From Felis catus (Eukaryota), in the NCBI RefSeq assembly GCF_018350175.1, contig NC_058380.1:33976001-34040000 (forward strand): a stretch of DNA of 64,000 nt. Reading direction: 5' to 3'. Below the pieces are notes generated by a model, which was not told the origin of the DNA, did no database searches, and saw only the letters and a program-made list of their open reading frames with translations. The translations under genes were made by a program, and so were the position numbers. This document shows, piece by piece, positions 1 through 13,610 of this stretch; position 1 is the stretch's first letter, and each line of letters begins with the position of its first letter.

Positions 1-828
1 TCCAGGTTAGCTATTATGACAGAAGGAAGGATTTAAGTGACATTGTAAACTATTTTGTAAGGACAGCAATCCAATGTGCTACCATAGCAAAAAAAACAAA
101 AACAAAAACAAAAAAAACTAACAAACTGCTGAGTGTTGAACATGCGCTCCTAAATGATTTTAATATGCCATGTGAAGAGATTTATTACTGGAAAGAGATG
201 AATGGAAAATACTCTCCTCATGACTCCTTACAAGAAGCTAGGTGTATTAGAGGTGTATTCCTCATCTTTTAGGAGCAACCATTCCCTCTGGAATGAACTA
301 CTTGCTACAATTGCGAGAGATAGATTACCAAGCAGTCCACAAATTAGCTGTACCAGACATTTCTGATATGCTTAATTTTTATAAATCACCACGCCACAAA
401 CTCCTAAACTTTCTACTGTCCCTAGGAGGTATCCAGATTTATTTACAAACCCCTCACCCATTTAAAAATAATAGTCTATGAGCATCTTCTGACAATCACC
501 TGTTTATTTATATCAGCAACCATCAGTAAAATGGGCAACCTCAATTTGCTTCCCCTCTACAAGCATCATGTACCTTATGAAGTCTTTCACCTAGAATAGA
601 GGTAAGAAGGTAATGAGAGATGCTTCTATGCTATGTGGTGCTGGGGATGTTGTGTACCCATATACAGTATACTTGTATGAAGTAAAGAAAATGTGAGAAC
701 AAGTGGTGCCTGAATATTAATTAGCTATTTCCATAGATAGCGAAAAACCTAGTTAAAACTATATTTTCATGCAAACACTTAGAAATTCATGAAAAATAAA
801 AGTATAAATAATGTCTGAATTTCCTTAC

Positions 829-952
829 NNNNNNNNNNNNNNNNNNNNNNNNNNNNNNNNNNNNNNNNNNNNNNNNNNNNNNNNNNNNNNNNNNNNNNNN
901 NNNNNNNNNNNNNNNNNNNNNNNNNNNNNNNNNNNNNNNNNNNNNNNNNNNN
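829..952 (-). CDS. PTPRD: Inferred PTPRD first D1-domain exon (SIDPGQQFTW...KNRY...), hidden in N-run 829-1031
   Basis: Only the donor is seen: plus-strand CCTTAC (823-828) = GTAAGG abuts the N-run exactly. The ~32 kb distance from the wedge exon fits the recalled human intron. The 124-nt size is inferred. Confidence 0.7.
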
Positions 953-3900
953 NNNNNNNNNNNNNNNNNNNNNNNNNNNNNNNNNNNNNNNNNNNNNNNN
1001 NNNNNNNNNNNNNNNNNNNNNNNNNNNNNNNGATTATAGGCATTTATCACAAGTAACAAACATGATTTAAAAAGAAAAGTCTGAAGCCACACTTTATCAA
1101 GATGACCCTACTTATGAAGCTGAACACTAATATACCCAGCTTAACATGAAATGATTAATCATAGTAAAAAACAGTGATAGTCACCAACAATTGATTCAAA
1201 TGAAAAAAAAAATCGATATGGATGTTCCATTAATATTGGAAAGGCAGTGTTTTAAAAATTGTTTTAGTTTTCCATTTCCTTCTCTGCAGCTGTAGTTTAT
1301 AAGTTATCTGGCTCAATACTCCTTCTGGTTCTGTGAACATTATTTTATCTTGATTATTCTCCCTAGTCTTTCCTGTCAGGACGTAACCTCACCCTTTAAA
1401 TTTATTGGCCATTCACTAGCTTCACTGGGCACAGGTTTCCCTGTTTTTTCTTCACTTCTAGGCTTCCACTTTGATGGCAACTTAAAATTTTGTCTGTTTC
1501 TCCATAACACACTATGGCCAGTAGCACAAGCAATCTGTACAATTCAAACAGTTAAGAATAACAGTAAAGAAGGGAAGTTGGTAAATCTAATGTTTATCTT
1601 CAAATATTAATTTATAACCCAATGCAGATAGGATCTAATTGCTTTTCTACTTATGTTTCCTATTATTATGTGTTATATTTACAAAGCTTGCTTCTTTTTA
1701 TTCTTTAACTTAAACATATTTTTTTCTGATTTATAATGCATTTTCTTGATACCTTCATTCAACCCATTACTCAATAATCTAAAATAAATATTACACAGAA
1801 TATAAAATAATATATAGTTTTCTTAGAGTTAAAGCAGTATCATTTTGAGACTGAACTCAGGATCTGATTATAGAAAAAAAATACTCTGAAAAAAAATACT
1901 TTTTAATTTCCTGCAATGTTATGGAAATCAAAACCTCTTCTTTTATCATAGGACATGGGCACTTTTTTAAGACGTAATTTCATGGTATAAGGAAACATGA
2001 GTTCAGTAATTACATAAACATGATTTCAAATGATTAAAATCAAGTTTTCAGAAATAATGGTAAGGGTTATATGCAGGTAAAATTCTGTGAAAAGTAAAGA
2101 TACTATGTTATGTTAATAGAATTTTTAGCAGTTAGTTTTGATACTGGGCATTTTTCATGACTTTATGTGTATCTGTAGAACTGGAAAGTAAAACATATCC
2201 AACAGCAGTGACAATATTAAAGATGTGTATATTTTGTGTTTAACAGGGCTGGTAAAACTCACAACTGCAAAGAGTCGACCTATTAACCCTCATGAATAGC
2301 CTCCAAACATTCTAAAATTCTCAGCAGTATGGATTCTAGCCCCTAATATGCCAAGGATTATAAAACCTTTATCTTTTCTTAGCCAATGCTAATCTATATG
2401 TAAGTAGCCTATCATTGAAAAAATATTCAGCAAAATAATTATCTATGCTTTAGAGTCTAAGGAATCATATAATTAGGGGTCTTTCTAGCTTGTTCTTCCA
2501 GGGAAGCTCATCATCTCCCCTGCAGAATGTACTTCTCTCCAAGTATCTGATGAGCTAAAACATGCAGATGCCTGGGTGGAAGCCTTCAAGTCAACCTTGA
2601 ACCTTCTCTATACAAAGCATATGTATTTGGTGACCAAGCCATACCTTATTTTTTTCTTAAATCAGCCCCAAGTCACCAGCCCACTGCCACTCCCTAAACT
2701 CAATCTTTCAGTATGTGATGTCTGCTTGGACTCTCTCTTCAAACCTCTAACTACAAGTCACTTTTCATACCAAAGTAGTCTTTTTGAAGATCAGCTCTGG
2801 ACAGGTTAGTTTCCTGCTTAAGAATTCCACTGGCTCTGAATGACCTACAGCTTAAATTCTAGAGTCCTTAGCCACAGTCCTACCCATACACCTTCAGTCA
2901 TCTTTGCACTGACAAAGATGGCTCAATAAATGGTTCAAGAGATTTTCTTAAATGAATTGAATTGATGGATAAATGTTGTTGAGAAGAGTTCATAAAGAGA
3001 AATCATGGAGTAATTCTTCCCTATATCATGGCAATTAGAGAACAGACAATGGAAACTGCAAGGTAAAGTGCACTATGATTAATAACTTTAACACTCATTA
3101 TCATACAGTTTAATAATAAAGTATGTGATCCCGAAATTACAACTACCACTGATATCCCACTTTACACTGATGAGCGTTACTGAGTACATAAGCTTCTTGC
3201 ACATTATTTTCTAAAATATCCCAAGAAGCGGCTAAGCTCACTGATGTTCAGTGCTTTGGTGGAAGGTATTACTCCGTCTGATGGCCGTTATTCAGACTAT
3301 GATCACTCACAGATGTGTAAAGTGGCAAGCATTTAATTAGACTAATGAAATTGCATCTATCAATGCAGACACTGTTAACTCATGTCCATTTCCACTCTTG
3401 CCACATATTCTCAGCCTTCTGAATGCTCGATTTGATACCTACACATTGAAGAGTTTAAAAACCAGTAATGGAAACATAAGTTTTATTTCACGTATGTTAA
3501 TATGCTTAGACTTAAAGTATGACCCATGAGAAGAAGACCTATAGTAATAGGATAATTATAATAGCTGCCAGGTCATGCAGTATCCCGTTTTAATTTTCAT
3601 AAATGCTATGAGGTAGGTATTGTTATTTTCTTCATTTTACAGAGAAGGAAATTGAAGTAAAGAAAAATTAATTTAATAAATCTTACTGAGGGCCTGCTCT
3701 GTGGCAGGCACTGTGCTATTTGGTGGTTAAGTAATTTGCTCACACAGCTAGGCTCATACATTCACCCTCAAACCCAGGTCTGTGTGATTTCAAAGCCCAA
3801 CTGATGATTAACAGCTGGTAATTACCAAGCAAAGATGCTACTACTTATCCCGAAGGCCACTGCAAAATGAGGAAGCCCAACATATGAAACACACTTCAAC

Positions 3901-5399
3901 AAAACTATCCTTTATCTCACCAGTCTGAAAGATATTTCTTCCCAACTGATCATCCTCTGTCATTCTGGGGCAATTACATAAGAAATCAAGTTTTAGAAAT
4001 GAGGTTGGCTTCACATGGATGATAAAACAGATGGGATGCAGCTTACATTTATACTTGTTTTACAGGGATCAAACAAACATTGATTGAATAATGCTAAACT
4101 GTCTTTGTGCAACACATACTCATCTATCTATATCTATCTGTCTGACTGAACGTTTAACAATACACAGCATAGGTCATTATTCTGGAGCTTGTCAGAATGC
4201 TGAAAGCAGTAAACACAGTAAAGAACAGCAACTACTGAAAGCAGGTGAGGTATAAGATGATCTTTTCTATTTAGAAAAAAAATAAAACTGGTTGAGAAAA
4301 ATCAAATTTCAATTATCCATGTTAATGAGGCAAAGGTATCATGGATGACTAAGACCCTAATTTTCAAAACCCGCTCTTTATGTTGTCCTTAGTGCAAGAT
4401 GCAGGCACATTTGCTTTGCCTCTTTGTTTTCTGGTTTCTTTTGCTGAGATCCTCTTAAGGAAGAATGAAATGGTCAACATGGAGAAAGGGCAACCTTGGT
4501 CTTGAGAAGTTCATTTCCACTCTAGTCTCATATTTTTGGCCCACACACCATGACCATCCATCTTCCTACTATAGAGTTAAGCTGAGGCCATCCCAGTATT
4601 ATTCAAAACAATTTGAAATAAGCACTCTTGTTTCTAATGAGTTCTTCTTGTTCTTCCTGCTGTTGGTGTTTGGTTTTCCTCAGCCTGACTCTCATGTATC
4701 TCTTCTCATCCTTCTGACACTGTTTATTCAAACATGTTTTGGCGAGATACCCCCTCCTCCTCAGAACTCAATCCCAAATTCTACCCACTGAGCTGGAAAC
4801 CTGGCCGGATCTTCTGTAGTTGCCCTGGAGGAAACTTTGCAATTTGGAAATAAAGCAAGTTAGATGTATTCAACCCAAATTTGATTAATAGACTTAAAAA
4901 AATAAGCTATATAACATTTGCACATTGCATTGTTACAGAAATTGTAAACAAGAATGCTACTTCCTCATATTTACTTTTGTTTCTCCAGGCAATCAACAAG
5001 GCCCTTTACTGGACAAAGAAAGAATATGTAGCACCTAAACTTTACCAAGATGCCAAACCATTTTACATTGCTTCCCTATCTGCACACTTGGCACATGACA
5101 CACTCCCCCTCCTACCCTAATACTTGTGATTGAAATAATTCTAATACTAACAGATCTTCACCTCAATGACTTTGCATTACTGAGAAGAGGGACCAAAGAA
5201 AAACTTCTCTGTAACATAAAGAAGAAAGAGAAAGTCTTGATTAGACAGCTGCTAATATCAAACACTTTGCATTTATGTAGTCTTTAACTTGGTGGTCTGA
5301 AAGTTCTCATTTTTTTTAAGCAACTAGAACTTTGTCTTAAAATAGGTAAGTAGAAAATAAGCAACATAACTGATGGATTTATAATTTTGCGCTATATTC

Positions 5400-5617
5400 T
5401 TTTTTTTTTATTTTTTAAATGTTTATTTATTTTTGAGACAGAGAGAGACATAGTGTGAGCGGAGGAGGGGCAGAGAAAGAGGGAGACAGAATCCGAAGCA
5501 GGCTCCATGCTCTGAGTTGTCAGCACCCAGACGATGCGGGGCTTGAACTCACAAACCATGAGATCATGACCTGAGCTGCAGTCGGATGCTTAACCAACTA
5601 AGCCACCCAGGTGTCCC
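5400..5617 (-). mobile_element. Carnivore tRNA-derived SINE (SINEC_Fc2-like)
   Basis: Head, (CT)n linker and A-rich tail on the minus strand; TSD TGC(G/A)CTATATTC on both sides. Confidence 0.92.
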
Positions 5618-7199
5618 ATGCACTATATTCGTGATGAAAACCCAGATTAAAAAAAAATATTTTACATCCAATGGTTATATAGTTAAAATAACACTTATAT
5701 GACATTTGCTGTGTTTTCTTTGTGCTTCACATATATTAACTAATTTTATCTTCACAAAGAGCCTAAAAGTAGATACCATTATTATCACAATTCTGTAGAT
5801 GAGGAAAGCGAGGTACAGAGAAGTGAAACAACCTCTCAGGGTCAGTTAGTAAGCTAGTTGTGGGGTCCAGGCATTCTGGACCCAGTCACAATGCCTCGCC
5901 ACGATGTTATGCTTCTTCTCTCGCCAAGTTTGAGAAGATTCCTTGATTGTTTTACTTATGTCTTTCAATTATTGTCTTGAAACACAATGGGAAGTTTGGG
6001 AACAAAAATCTCTATAGTGCTTCTAATCTATATTTATAATTGTAAACTCAAAACAAGGGAGTGCTCATAAACTTGCACATCTGATTACAGTCATTGAATA
6101 AAACTGTATCCAGAGAGTGACCTTTTTTGATAAAGCTGAAGTCATCAACTTAAAGTCCTTTAAATATGGTTCTGCAAAATTTCAACTTCTCTACAAGAAG
6201 AAAAATATAATTCACAGGTACAATCCCCCTACAATACTAGCTGCTTGGCGTCCAACTTCTCTTCAGTCCACTAAGAGTAAAACCTCAAAATATTCTCTTT
6301 AGAACCTCTTCAAAGAGAAACCACAAAAAAGATACATCCTGTTTTTGTGTGGGTTTTAAAACAACTAACAAAAATTTAATTATATAGAAGGAATAGACCA
6401 GCTATTTGACTAGGCAAACTATGGGTCAGACTAACCATCCTTTTTACAGGGAATTGAACTTTCAATGACCTTAACCTCTAGAGAAAGACTATCATTCCAC
6501 AGAGTTCCCAGTCAGTAGGCTCATTTACTCCTTAGTGTGGTTTGCACCCACATATTCTCAGGCCCTATTTGAGGTTTAGAGGAGCAATCTGCCATTGACT
6601 GTATTTCTGCAATGAAGCTTTTTAAAATTCTCATTCATTCATATTCTGTCTCTCCAAGATGGAAATGGTAAATTAATATGTATCCATTTTAAAGAAGACC
6701 AGTGTTTGCATAGTTGAGAAGGGCTGTATTTTGCACAATTAGCCGAGGGCTGCAATTGGCATAATGAGTACTTTCTTCAAAGAGAAGAACATGAGTTTAG
6801 TTGAATCCAATGATGCTTTAAGAAGTGGAATGTGATCAAGTAGAAAGTATGATGATGAGCAAAGTCTGGAGGTCGGAGCCCCTGAGTCCCAGGTGCTGGC
6901 TTTCTCTTTGCCCCTCGCTGGCTTTGGCAGTCTGCTCTGTTCCTTTTTCCTATTAATGTCTTCCCAGCGTCAGGTTGGCAACCTCACCTTTCCTGTTCTC
7001 CTTTATCCAATTAGTATCAAAACTTCCTAAGTCTTTCCCTATAAAAGTACCTCTAAACCAAGCCACAATTAGAGTATGAAGGACTGAAATAGAGACTTCT
7101 CAAGACTCCCAGTGTTAACTAATGAACACATACAGGAGTTCTCCACCTTTAAGTAGAAAGATGAACAATTTGAAAAGCCATTTAAAAATATTTCAAGCA

Positions 7200-7400
7200 G
7201 GGGTGCTTGGGTGGCTCAGTTGACTCTTGGTTTTGGCTCAGGTTATGATCTTGCAGTTCCTGAGATTGAGCTCTGCATTGGGCTCCAGGCTGACAGCATG
7301 GAGGCTGCTTGGGATTCTCTCTCTCTCCCTCTCTCCCTCTCTCTCTCTCTCTCTCTGCCCCTCCCCCACTTGTGCTTGCTCTCTCTCAAAATAAACTTAA
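7200..7400 (+). mobile_element. Older SINEC element
   Basis: GGGGTGCTTGGGTGGCTCAG head, (CT)n, AAAATAAA tail; CpG-decayed. Confidence 0.9.
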
Positions 7401-7410
7401 AACATTTTTC

Positions 7411-7632
7411 TTTTTTTTAATTTTATTTTCAACGTTTATTTATTTTTGGGACAGAGGGAGACAGAGCATGAACGGGGGAGGGGCAGAGAGAGAGGGAGAC
7501 ACAGAATCGGAAACAGGCTCCAGGCTCCGAGCCATCAGCCCAGAGCCCGACGCGGGGCTCGAACTCACGGACCGCGAGATCGTGACCTGGCTGAAGTCGG
7601 ACGCTTAACCGACTGCTCCACCCAGGCGCCCC
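7411..7632 (-). mobile_element. Young SINEC_Fc inserted in the tail of the preceding SINE
   Basis: CpG-rich body; perfect TSD TTAAAACATTTTTC at 7397-7410 and 7633-7646. Confidence 0.96.
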
Positions 7633-9465
7633 TTAAAACATTTTTCAATAAGGTATTTTTATATATAGTTAAAATTTTGTTCTTCAGGTAAGTGATAAAA
7701 TCACATCAACTTTATCTGTTGTCTAATGGTTTCATTTGCAATCCTGATTATAACATATCGTGTAACAAACACTTACAAAAAGTACCTGGATTAATGATTT
7801 CTTTACTTACATTTGAATTGATATATAGAGAAGCAAACAGGAGACAAAACTCATTGTAAACCATTCAGCCACATGAGGTGAGTAAATATTTGAGGCAACC
7901 ACATGATAAGCTTTTTTTTTTTCCTAAATTATATCTAGGCACTGAGTAAGGAGGAGATAGTTTATTTCTTTGAGAATCCCATTTACTCATAGAAGTATAT
8001 TTCACTTTGTCCTAATTTACCATAAATTCAACATGACAAAAAAATAATAATGAAACAGCAACAAACACTGGATTCTTTTTCAATTCAGTAGGGCAATGCA
8101 ATGTGATCTCTGGAATGCAGATAAGCTACTTTACTACTTCATATGTGTGACTGAAAAAAAATATTTTTGACAGATCTTTTCAAATGAGAGTTCAGAAGAG
8201 AACACACAACATTAAGATCTGAAGATTTAAAAGGCCAGTTTTTTTTTATTATACTCTCCTGTTTAATGTGTCAACATTTTCCTAGATGATACTGAATATA
8301 GAAAAGAAAAATTCCTAGTTCTCCAAAGCAATGTTCTAGAACAATGACAGCAGTGATACCTTTTAATCCTAATGTTTTAGTTTTTAGCTATTTTTCTGCT
8401 ATATCAGATTAAAGTACATAATAAGAAAACAATGGACAGAAGTTAGCTGATGTTCCTATTAAAGACTAGAGCTTCATGGATAGTCATTTTTACAAGTATA
8501 ATTCACAGACTAGGACTTCAGATGTTATTTGGAAAAGCAAAAGGAATTAAAAATTTTCTAGACAATTGGTGCAAGAAAAATGTTATTAAAATTTTATTAA
8601 ACTGCTCTGATTAAAGAGATAAAGTTGGATTGATAGAAAGTAATTACAGTGTTTATAAAAAGAAATGCATATAAGTAACAAATAAAATTATTGATTGCAA
8701 TCTACGTGCAGCATTAAAACTGAATAAATTCAGAGTGGCATCCTTCCTTTTCCGTGAATAGCACAACCCTAAATTTTGGCCCCAAATTAACAAAATGAAT
8801 GCATTAATTCCTTACCACTCTGTAAACACTGCCACATTTGCATAGACTCAAAAGTATTAAGTAAAATAATACATGTAAAACACCTGATGAAAAGTTCTCA
8901 GTAAAAGAACAGTAGATGTCTTCCCTTTCTTGTCTCCATCCATCTGACTTGTGCAAGAACATCCCTTATTTAAGACAATCTTAGCATGTAAGGAATGTCT
9001 GCTTTCTCCCTTATGCTAAGTGGATCTCCTTTGACACTGAAGCAATCACCCAGTTAATTTAGGCAAAGAAATCCACTCTGTCCTCCCACTTGCTGTAACA
9101 ATGTGCCCATCTATATAATTTGAAAATTGATCTACTTTTCTATGGCAGATAACAACAACAACAGAACATAAACACATATATTTCTCAGTTTTTCATTTCA
9201 TTTGATACTTGGAGACCTGAGCATTCAGAAATACAGTGTAAAAGTAGATTCAAAAGAAAAACCAATCAATAAATGGAGTGGTTTTGTAATTGTTTTGTGA
9301 CTTCTATTACAACAGCATTTTATAAACAACAGTATAAGGAAAATAGGAAAGATAAATCATCATCTTGGTTTTTGAGAGTTTGATTAGTGGAGTTTTAAGT
9401 GATAACATTAATTCTTATTTATCAAATACACAAATTTCTAATCTAATTTTAAAACCACTAATTTT

Positions 9466-9692
9466 GGGTGTGTCTGGGTGGCTCAGTCGTTTAAGTGTCC
9501 AACTTTGGCACAGGTCACGATCTCACGGTTTGTGGGTTTGAGTCTGGCATCGGCCTCTGTGCTGACAGCTCTGAGCCTGGACCCTGTTTAGGATTCTGCG
9601 TCTCCCTCTCTCTCTGCCTCTCCCCTGCTCAGCTCTGTTTTTCTCTCTCTCTCAAAAATAAATTTAAAAATGCTACAAAATTAAAATAAAAC
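9466..9692 (+). mobile_element. SINEC element
   Basis: Head GGGTGTGTCTGGGTGGCTCAG, CT-rich linker, A-rich tail. Confidence 0.9.
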
Positions 9693-11194
9693 ATTAATTT
9701 TCCCTCATTTTACTCTGCATACTGTAGACAGATGTATTTTTAGGTTTTCAGTATTACCTTGCTTGCTATTCAATTAAAAATTTGTTAAAACTCTGTTTCC
9801 TCTCCCATGTTTATTTTCGGATGTGAGAGGAAAAACAGATGAGTTTCCAAACTGAAACATGAATAAACGTTTGTTAATGTTCAGTCAATGCCTTTCGCAT
9901 CTCATTTCCTGATTGAAAAAATAAGATTTTTACATCTGAAATGAAATGAAAAAGCATGATGCTTCCTTCAAGTCTGTGACACAATAGAGAAAATCCCAAG
10001 TAATCACTTAAAAAATTCCCCTATCTAGTTCCATCCCCAAATGTATTTAATGCAACTATCTACTTGAAACAAGAGTTTCCACCTATGTCTTTTGGGTACA
10101 GTGTGTATATATGTGTATATATTAAGTACATACTAAGAACCCCTTGCTGTTCATATCATTATGCCTTATAGGTAAGGACATAATGTACCATACTAAATAC
10201 AGGCTTCTAATTAAAGAAGACACACAGGTTGATCATTACTACTTATACCCATGGTGTTCAAGTAGCTTAGAAAATATTTACAACCTAAAGTGTCATGTTT
10301 ACTTTCTTCTACGTTACATGTGACAAGCAAACTAGAAAAGTTAGAACTCCCCAAATCTAGAATTTTAGAGTTTATTTCTAAACTAAAAGATTAATTTCAG
10401 AAATTAATTTCTTTAAAATGTATATTGGCTTTATAATGTAAAATTAAAGACTATTCTAGGTAAAATATATTAGAAAAATGTCCATGAATTGATAATTTTA
10501 CATATTTGCCCTTTGGGAAAAAAAAACAGAATCACTCGAGGATATCACTATAGTGGTTGTGATTCATCTGATGTTGTATACTCAGTGTTTAGCTTATAGT
10601 TTATTTTAAAATATATTTATAGAATGAATGGCTGAAATGCATTATAGGCAGGATATATGGCAACAGTGACTTTTTCCCCAGAGCCTTAGAAATAGTTAAA
10701 TAAATTTCCCTGCAGAACATGTGGTTATTAAGTAAACATATATTGGAATAGACCAAAAATATAGAAAATCATCTTTAAAAATAATCAGAATGGCTCCCAG
10801 GCTCACACTTGTCTGTACTCTGATTCATAATAAGAGTCATCTCGGACTTTGGCACTTTTGAAATTTTTCCAAGTGAACATGTATAATAGCGTTCTGTGCC
10901 ATGATTTCCAACTTTTACATATCCACTGACTATTCTGAAGTATCACACAGTGACTGCTTGCCAGGTAACAATTCATATTACCAAATTTTCTAGACATACT
11001 ACCAATGTGTATACAGTTAACCATTTAATACAGTGGATTTTCCCTTTATTTTGGGGAGTTTGTTTTAACAATTGTGCTCCTCTGAAGTCTCAAGGCCACT
11101 TGTTGGCTGTTGTGGGGAGACTGGGAGGGTCCTGATAAGACGGAAGGAAAAACAGCCCAGGATTCAGTGCTGGCAAAGGGTTTAAGTTAGGGGG

Positions 11195-11287
11195 GCTTAT
11201 ATCCCAGTTTACACCTCTGTCCCCATTTCATTATCAAAAGCACCATCTTTCAAAGTGTCCCAGTTTGGACAATAAATTATAAGGTTA
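11195..11287 (-). mobile_element. MER94-like hAT-Blackjack DNA transposon fragment
   Basis: GTGTCCCAGTTTGGACAATAAATTATAAGGT resembles the recalled MER94 terminus. Confidence 0.5.
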
Positions 11288-11844
11288 AAGCAGACTCTAA
11301 CTTCTTTGTATCCATATCTATACCTTGGGATCTAGGTGAGCTTCATGCTCAGTAACACAGCCAGGTGAATATGTATATGTACAAAGAGGGCAAGAGAAAC
11401 AGACAGACAGATACTAAATTCACTTACAAATCTATCACATGGACAGGAGGGTGGGAAAAATTAAAGACACCAATTTCTGAAGAACAACATCTGCCTCCAC
11501 TTATCTACTCTGCTGCCATAAGAGTAGAATTAAAGCCAGAATAAGAGAGGCACTGGCCTGACTCATTGATTTACCTTGTTCAACTTGTCTATGGAGCTGC
11601 ACAGAAAAGAAAGAAAGGGAAAGAACAGAACATGTGATTCTTAACACACATTTACCCTATTCTCCACTAAACCATAATTTTAACCTATTCAGATTATATA
11701 TATTTTCCTTTTTCTGGGGCAGGGTAGAGGCTGGAAAGAATGTGGTGGTGCAGAAGCTAGTTGGATATGTGTTCAGTTATGGAGGAAAAGAACAAAGCTA
11801 AAGAACCGATTTACATGTTGATCATTCTATAAAAACATTTTTTT

Positions 11845-12150
11845 CTTAATTTTATTATTATTTTTTAAATTTACATCCTAATTAGTTAGCATATCATGCA
11901 ACAATGATTTCAGGAGTAGATTCCTTGATGCCCATTACCCATTTAGCCCATCCCCCCTCCTACAACCCCTCCAGTAACTCTCTGTTTGTTCTCCATATTT
12001 GAATGTCTGTTATGTTTTGTCCCCACCCTGTTTTTATATTATTTTTGTTTCCCTTCCCTTATGTTCATCTGTTTTGTCTCTTAAAGTCCTCATATGAGTG
12101 AAGTCATATGACTTTTGTCTTTCTCCGACTAATTTCACTTAGCATAATAC
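11845..12150 (-). mobile_element. 5'-truncated felid/carnivore L1 3' end
   Basis: Poly-T followed by L1 3'UTR motifs (GGAGTAGATTCC, CATCCCCCCTCC, GACTAATTTCACTTAGCATAATAC). Confidence 0.88.
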
Positions 12151-13091
12151 CAATTTTTAATCTACTGTGTCTAATTAATATTTTATATTTAAAAAATTAT
12201 TACTGAAAAACTAGGTAGAATTATGCCATAATTTCTATCCTTTTCTTTTTCTTAATGCTCTGGGAATGGAACCATAGACTCATTCTATTGCTTGAGTATT
12301 ACACAAATCAAGCATTAAACATGTCTTCAAGTATAATATGTTCTAAAGATATTAACATTTTTTTAAAAATATCCCTGCATTAACACACCTAAAGAGAAGC
12401 TAGGTCATTCAAAAGGAGAAAAGTAACTCATAGACACACAGAAAAGGGAGGATCAGAAAGGACTATGAGCATGATCACTTGGCCCTCCAAGAAAGACAGT
12501 GGCATCTAGTCATCACAGATCGATGACATAGCCATTAAGATCATAAAACTAATGAAAAGTGAGGTCTTCAGAACCCAGTTACCTCTCAAGTTTACAAAAC
12601 TAATGATCAGTCCTGGAATAAGGTGACCACATCAAGATACTTTCACCTGACACACCTTCATCCAAGATTGCAACTTCTTCAAATTTATCATCTCCTAAGA
12701 TTAGACTGTGGACTTTCTGTCAGGCACTAAACTCTGCCTAAAAGCCTTGAAAGTGAAAAACATGTCTTTCCCCTGGACAAATGTATATAATAACCATTAT
12801 AGAACCATTACAATGGTGGGGACTGGTTAAGTGACTTAGAGTATGAAAAACCTATGAAGCTATTGAAACTGTGTATCTACTGACATAAAGACATCCACTT
12901 TTCCTGTTAAGTAAAAAAAAAAATATATTAAATATATATCTGTATTTCATTATATTATATACACTATATCATATACATATATCTAGATATTTAGAGATAT
13001 AAATATAAATATATAAACATACATATGTATATACAGAAAGCTAGAATATTATACATCAACACTACCAGTACTTATCTCTGAGAGGTAGAGA

Positions 13092-13405
13092 TTGATAACA
13101 TTAAGTTAATTAAACAAGGACTCCATTAGACTGAGGGGGTCCTAATGCTGTGACGGCCTATGGAGGTAAATCAGAATCTAAGTTTGTAAAAGCCTCAGGG
13201 TTACAAAATCAAAACCCTAAGGACAACCAGTCAAAAACAGCCAACTAGGCTTTAAGCTATAGCCAATCAATAATTTTTCTTTGCTTTCACTCTTTATACG
13301 AGTCCTTGCCCTAGCAAACACTTCTGGTTTGATGCTGCCCAAATTGAGTCAGTTTTCACTTGAATAAACTCTTAAAATATTTAATATGGTTCAGTTGATA
13401 TTTTC
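13092..13405 (+). mobile_element. Solo ERV1-class LTR (MER34/MER39-like), 3' end interrupted by a SINE
   Basis: Repeated CAGCCAA/AGCCAATC boxes, AATAAACTCTTAAAA polyA signal region; family assignment from recall. Confidence 0.55.
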
Positions 13406-13411
13406 TTAAAG

Positions 13412-13610
13412 ATTTTACTATTTTTTAATGTTTTTATTTATTTTTTAGAGAGACAGACTGCACAGGCGAGGGAGGGGCAGAGAGAGAGGAAGACAGGATC
13501 CCAAGCAGGCTCTGCAATCACAGCGGACAGCCCAATGCAGGGCTCAAACTCACGAACCTTGAACCCATGACCTGAGCTGAAGTTGAACACTTAAGCGACT
13601 GAGTCACTTG
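13412..13610 (-). mobile_element. SINEC element, head degraded
   Basis: Poly-T tail, GGGGCAGAGAGAG, CCCAAGCAGGCTCTGCA, GACCTGAGCTGAAG. Confidence 0.85.

Noticed and set aside
787-1092. ORFs spanning N-runs (also 29864, 33580, 35132, 52947, 60575)
   Set aside because: Open only because N codons are not stops. The 55825-56019 ORF is the one that reflects a real exon.
3605-3630. TGAGGTAG let-7-like seed (also TGTAAACATC miR-30-like at 61901)
   Set aside because: Only short matches, no complementary hairpin arm; the first lies in a MIR-like segment.
7309-7691. ORFs such as MGQRETEHERGRGRERGRHRIG... (also at 31396, 40410, 16328, 20154, 54609)
   Set aside because: They are translations of SINEC sequence and recur in every copy; not genes.
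7675-7693. TTTTGTTCTTCAG|GTAAGT recursive-splice-like motif (similar one at ~39150)
   Set aside because: On the plus strand, antisense to PTPRD, so it cannot act in PTPRD splicing.
10807-10934. 128-nt minus-strand exon-like segment
   Set aside because: Weak pyrimidine tract, length not 3n, no recognisable peptide; kept only as a side note to the 22-nt candidate.
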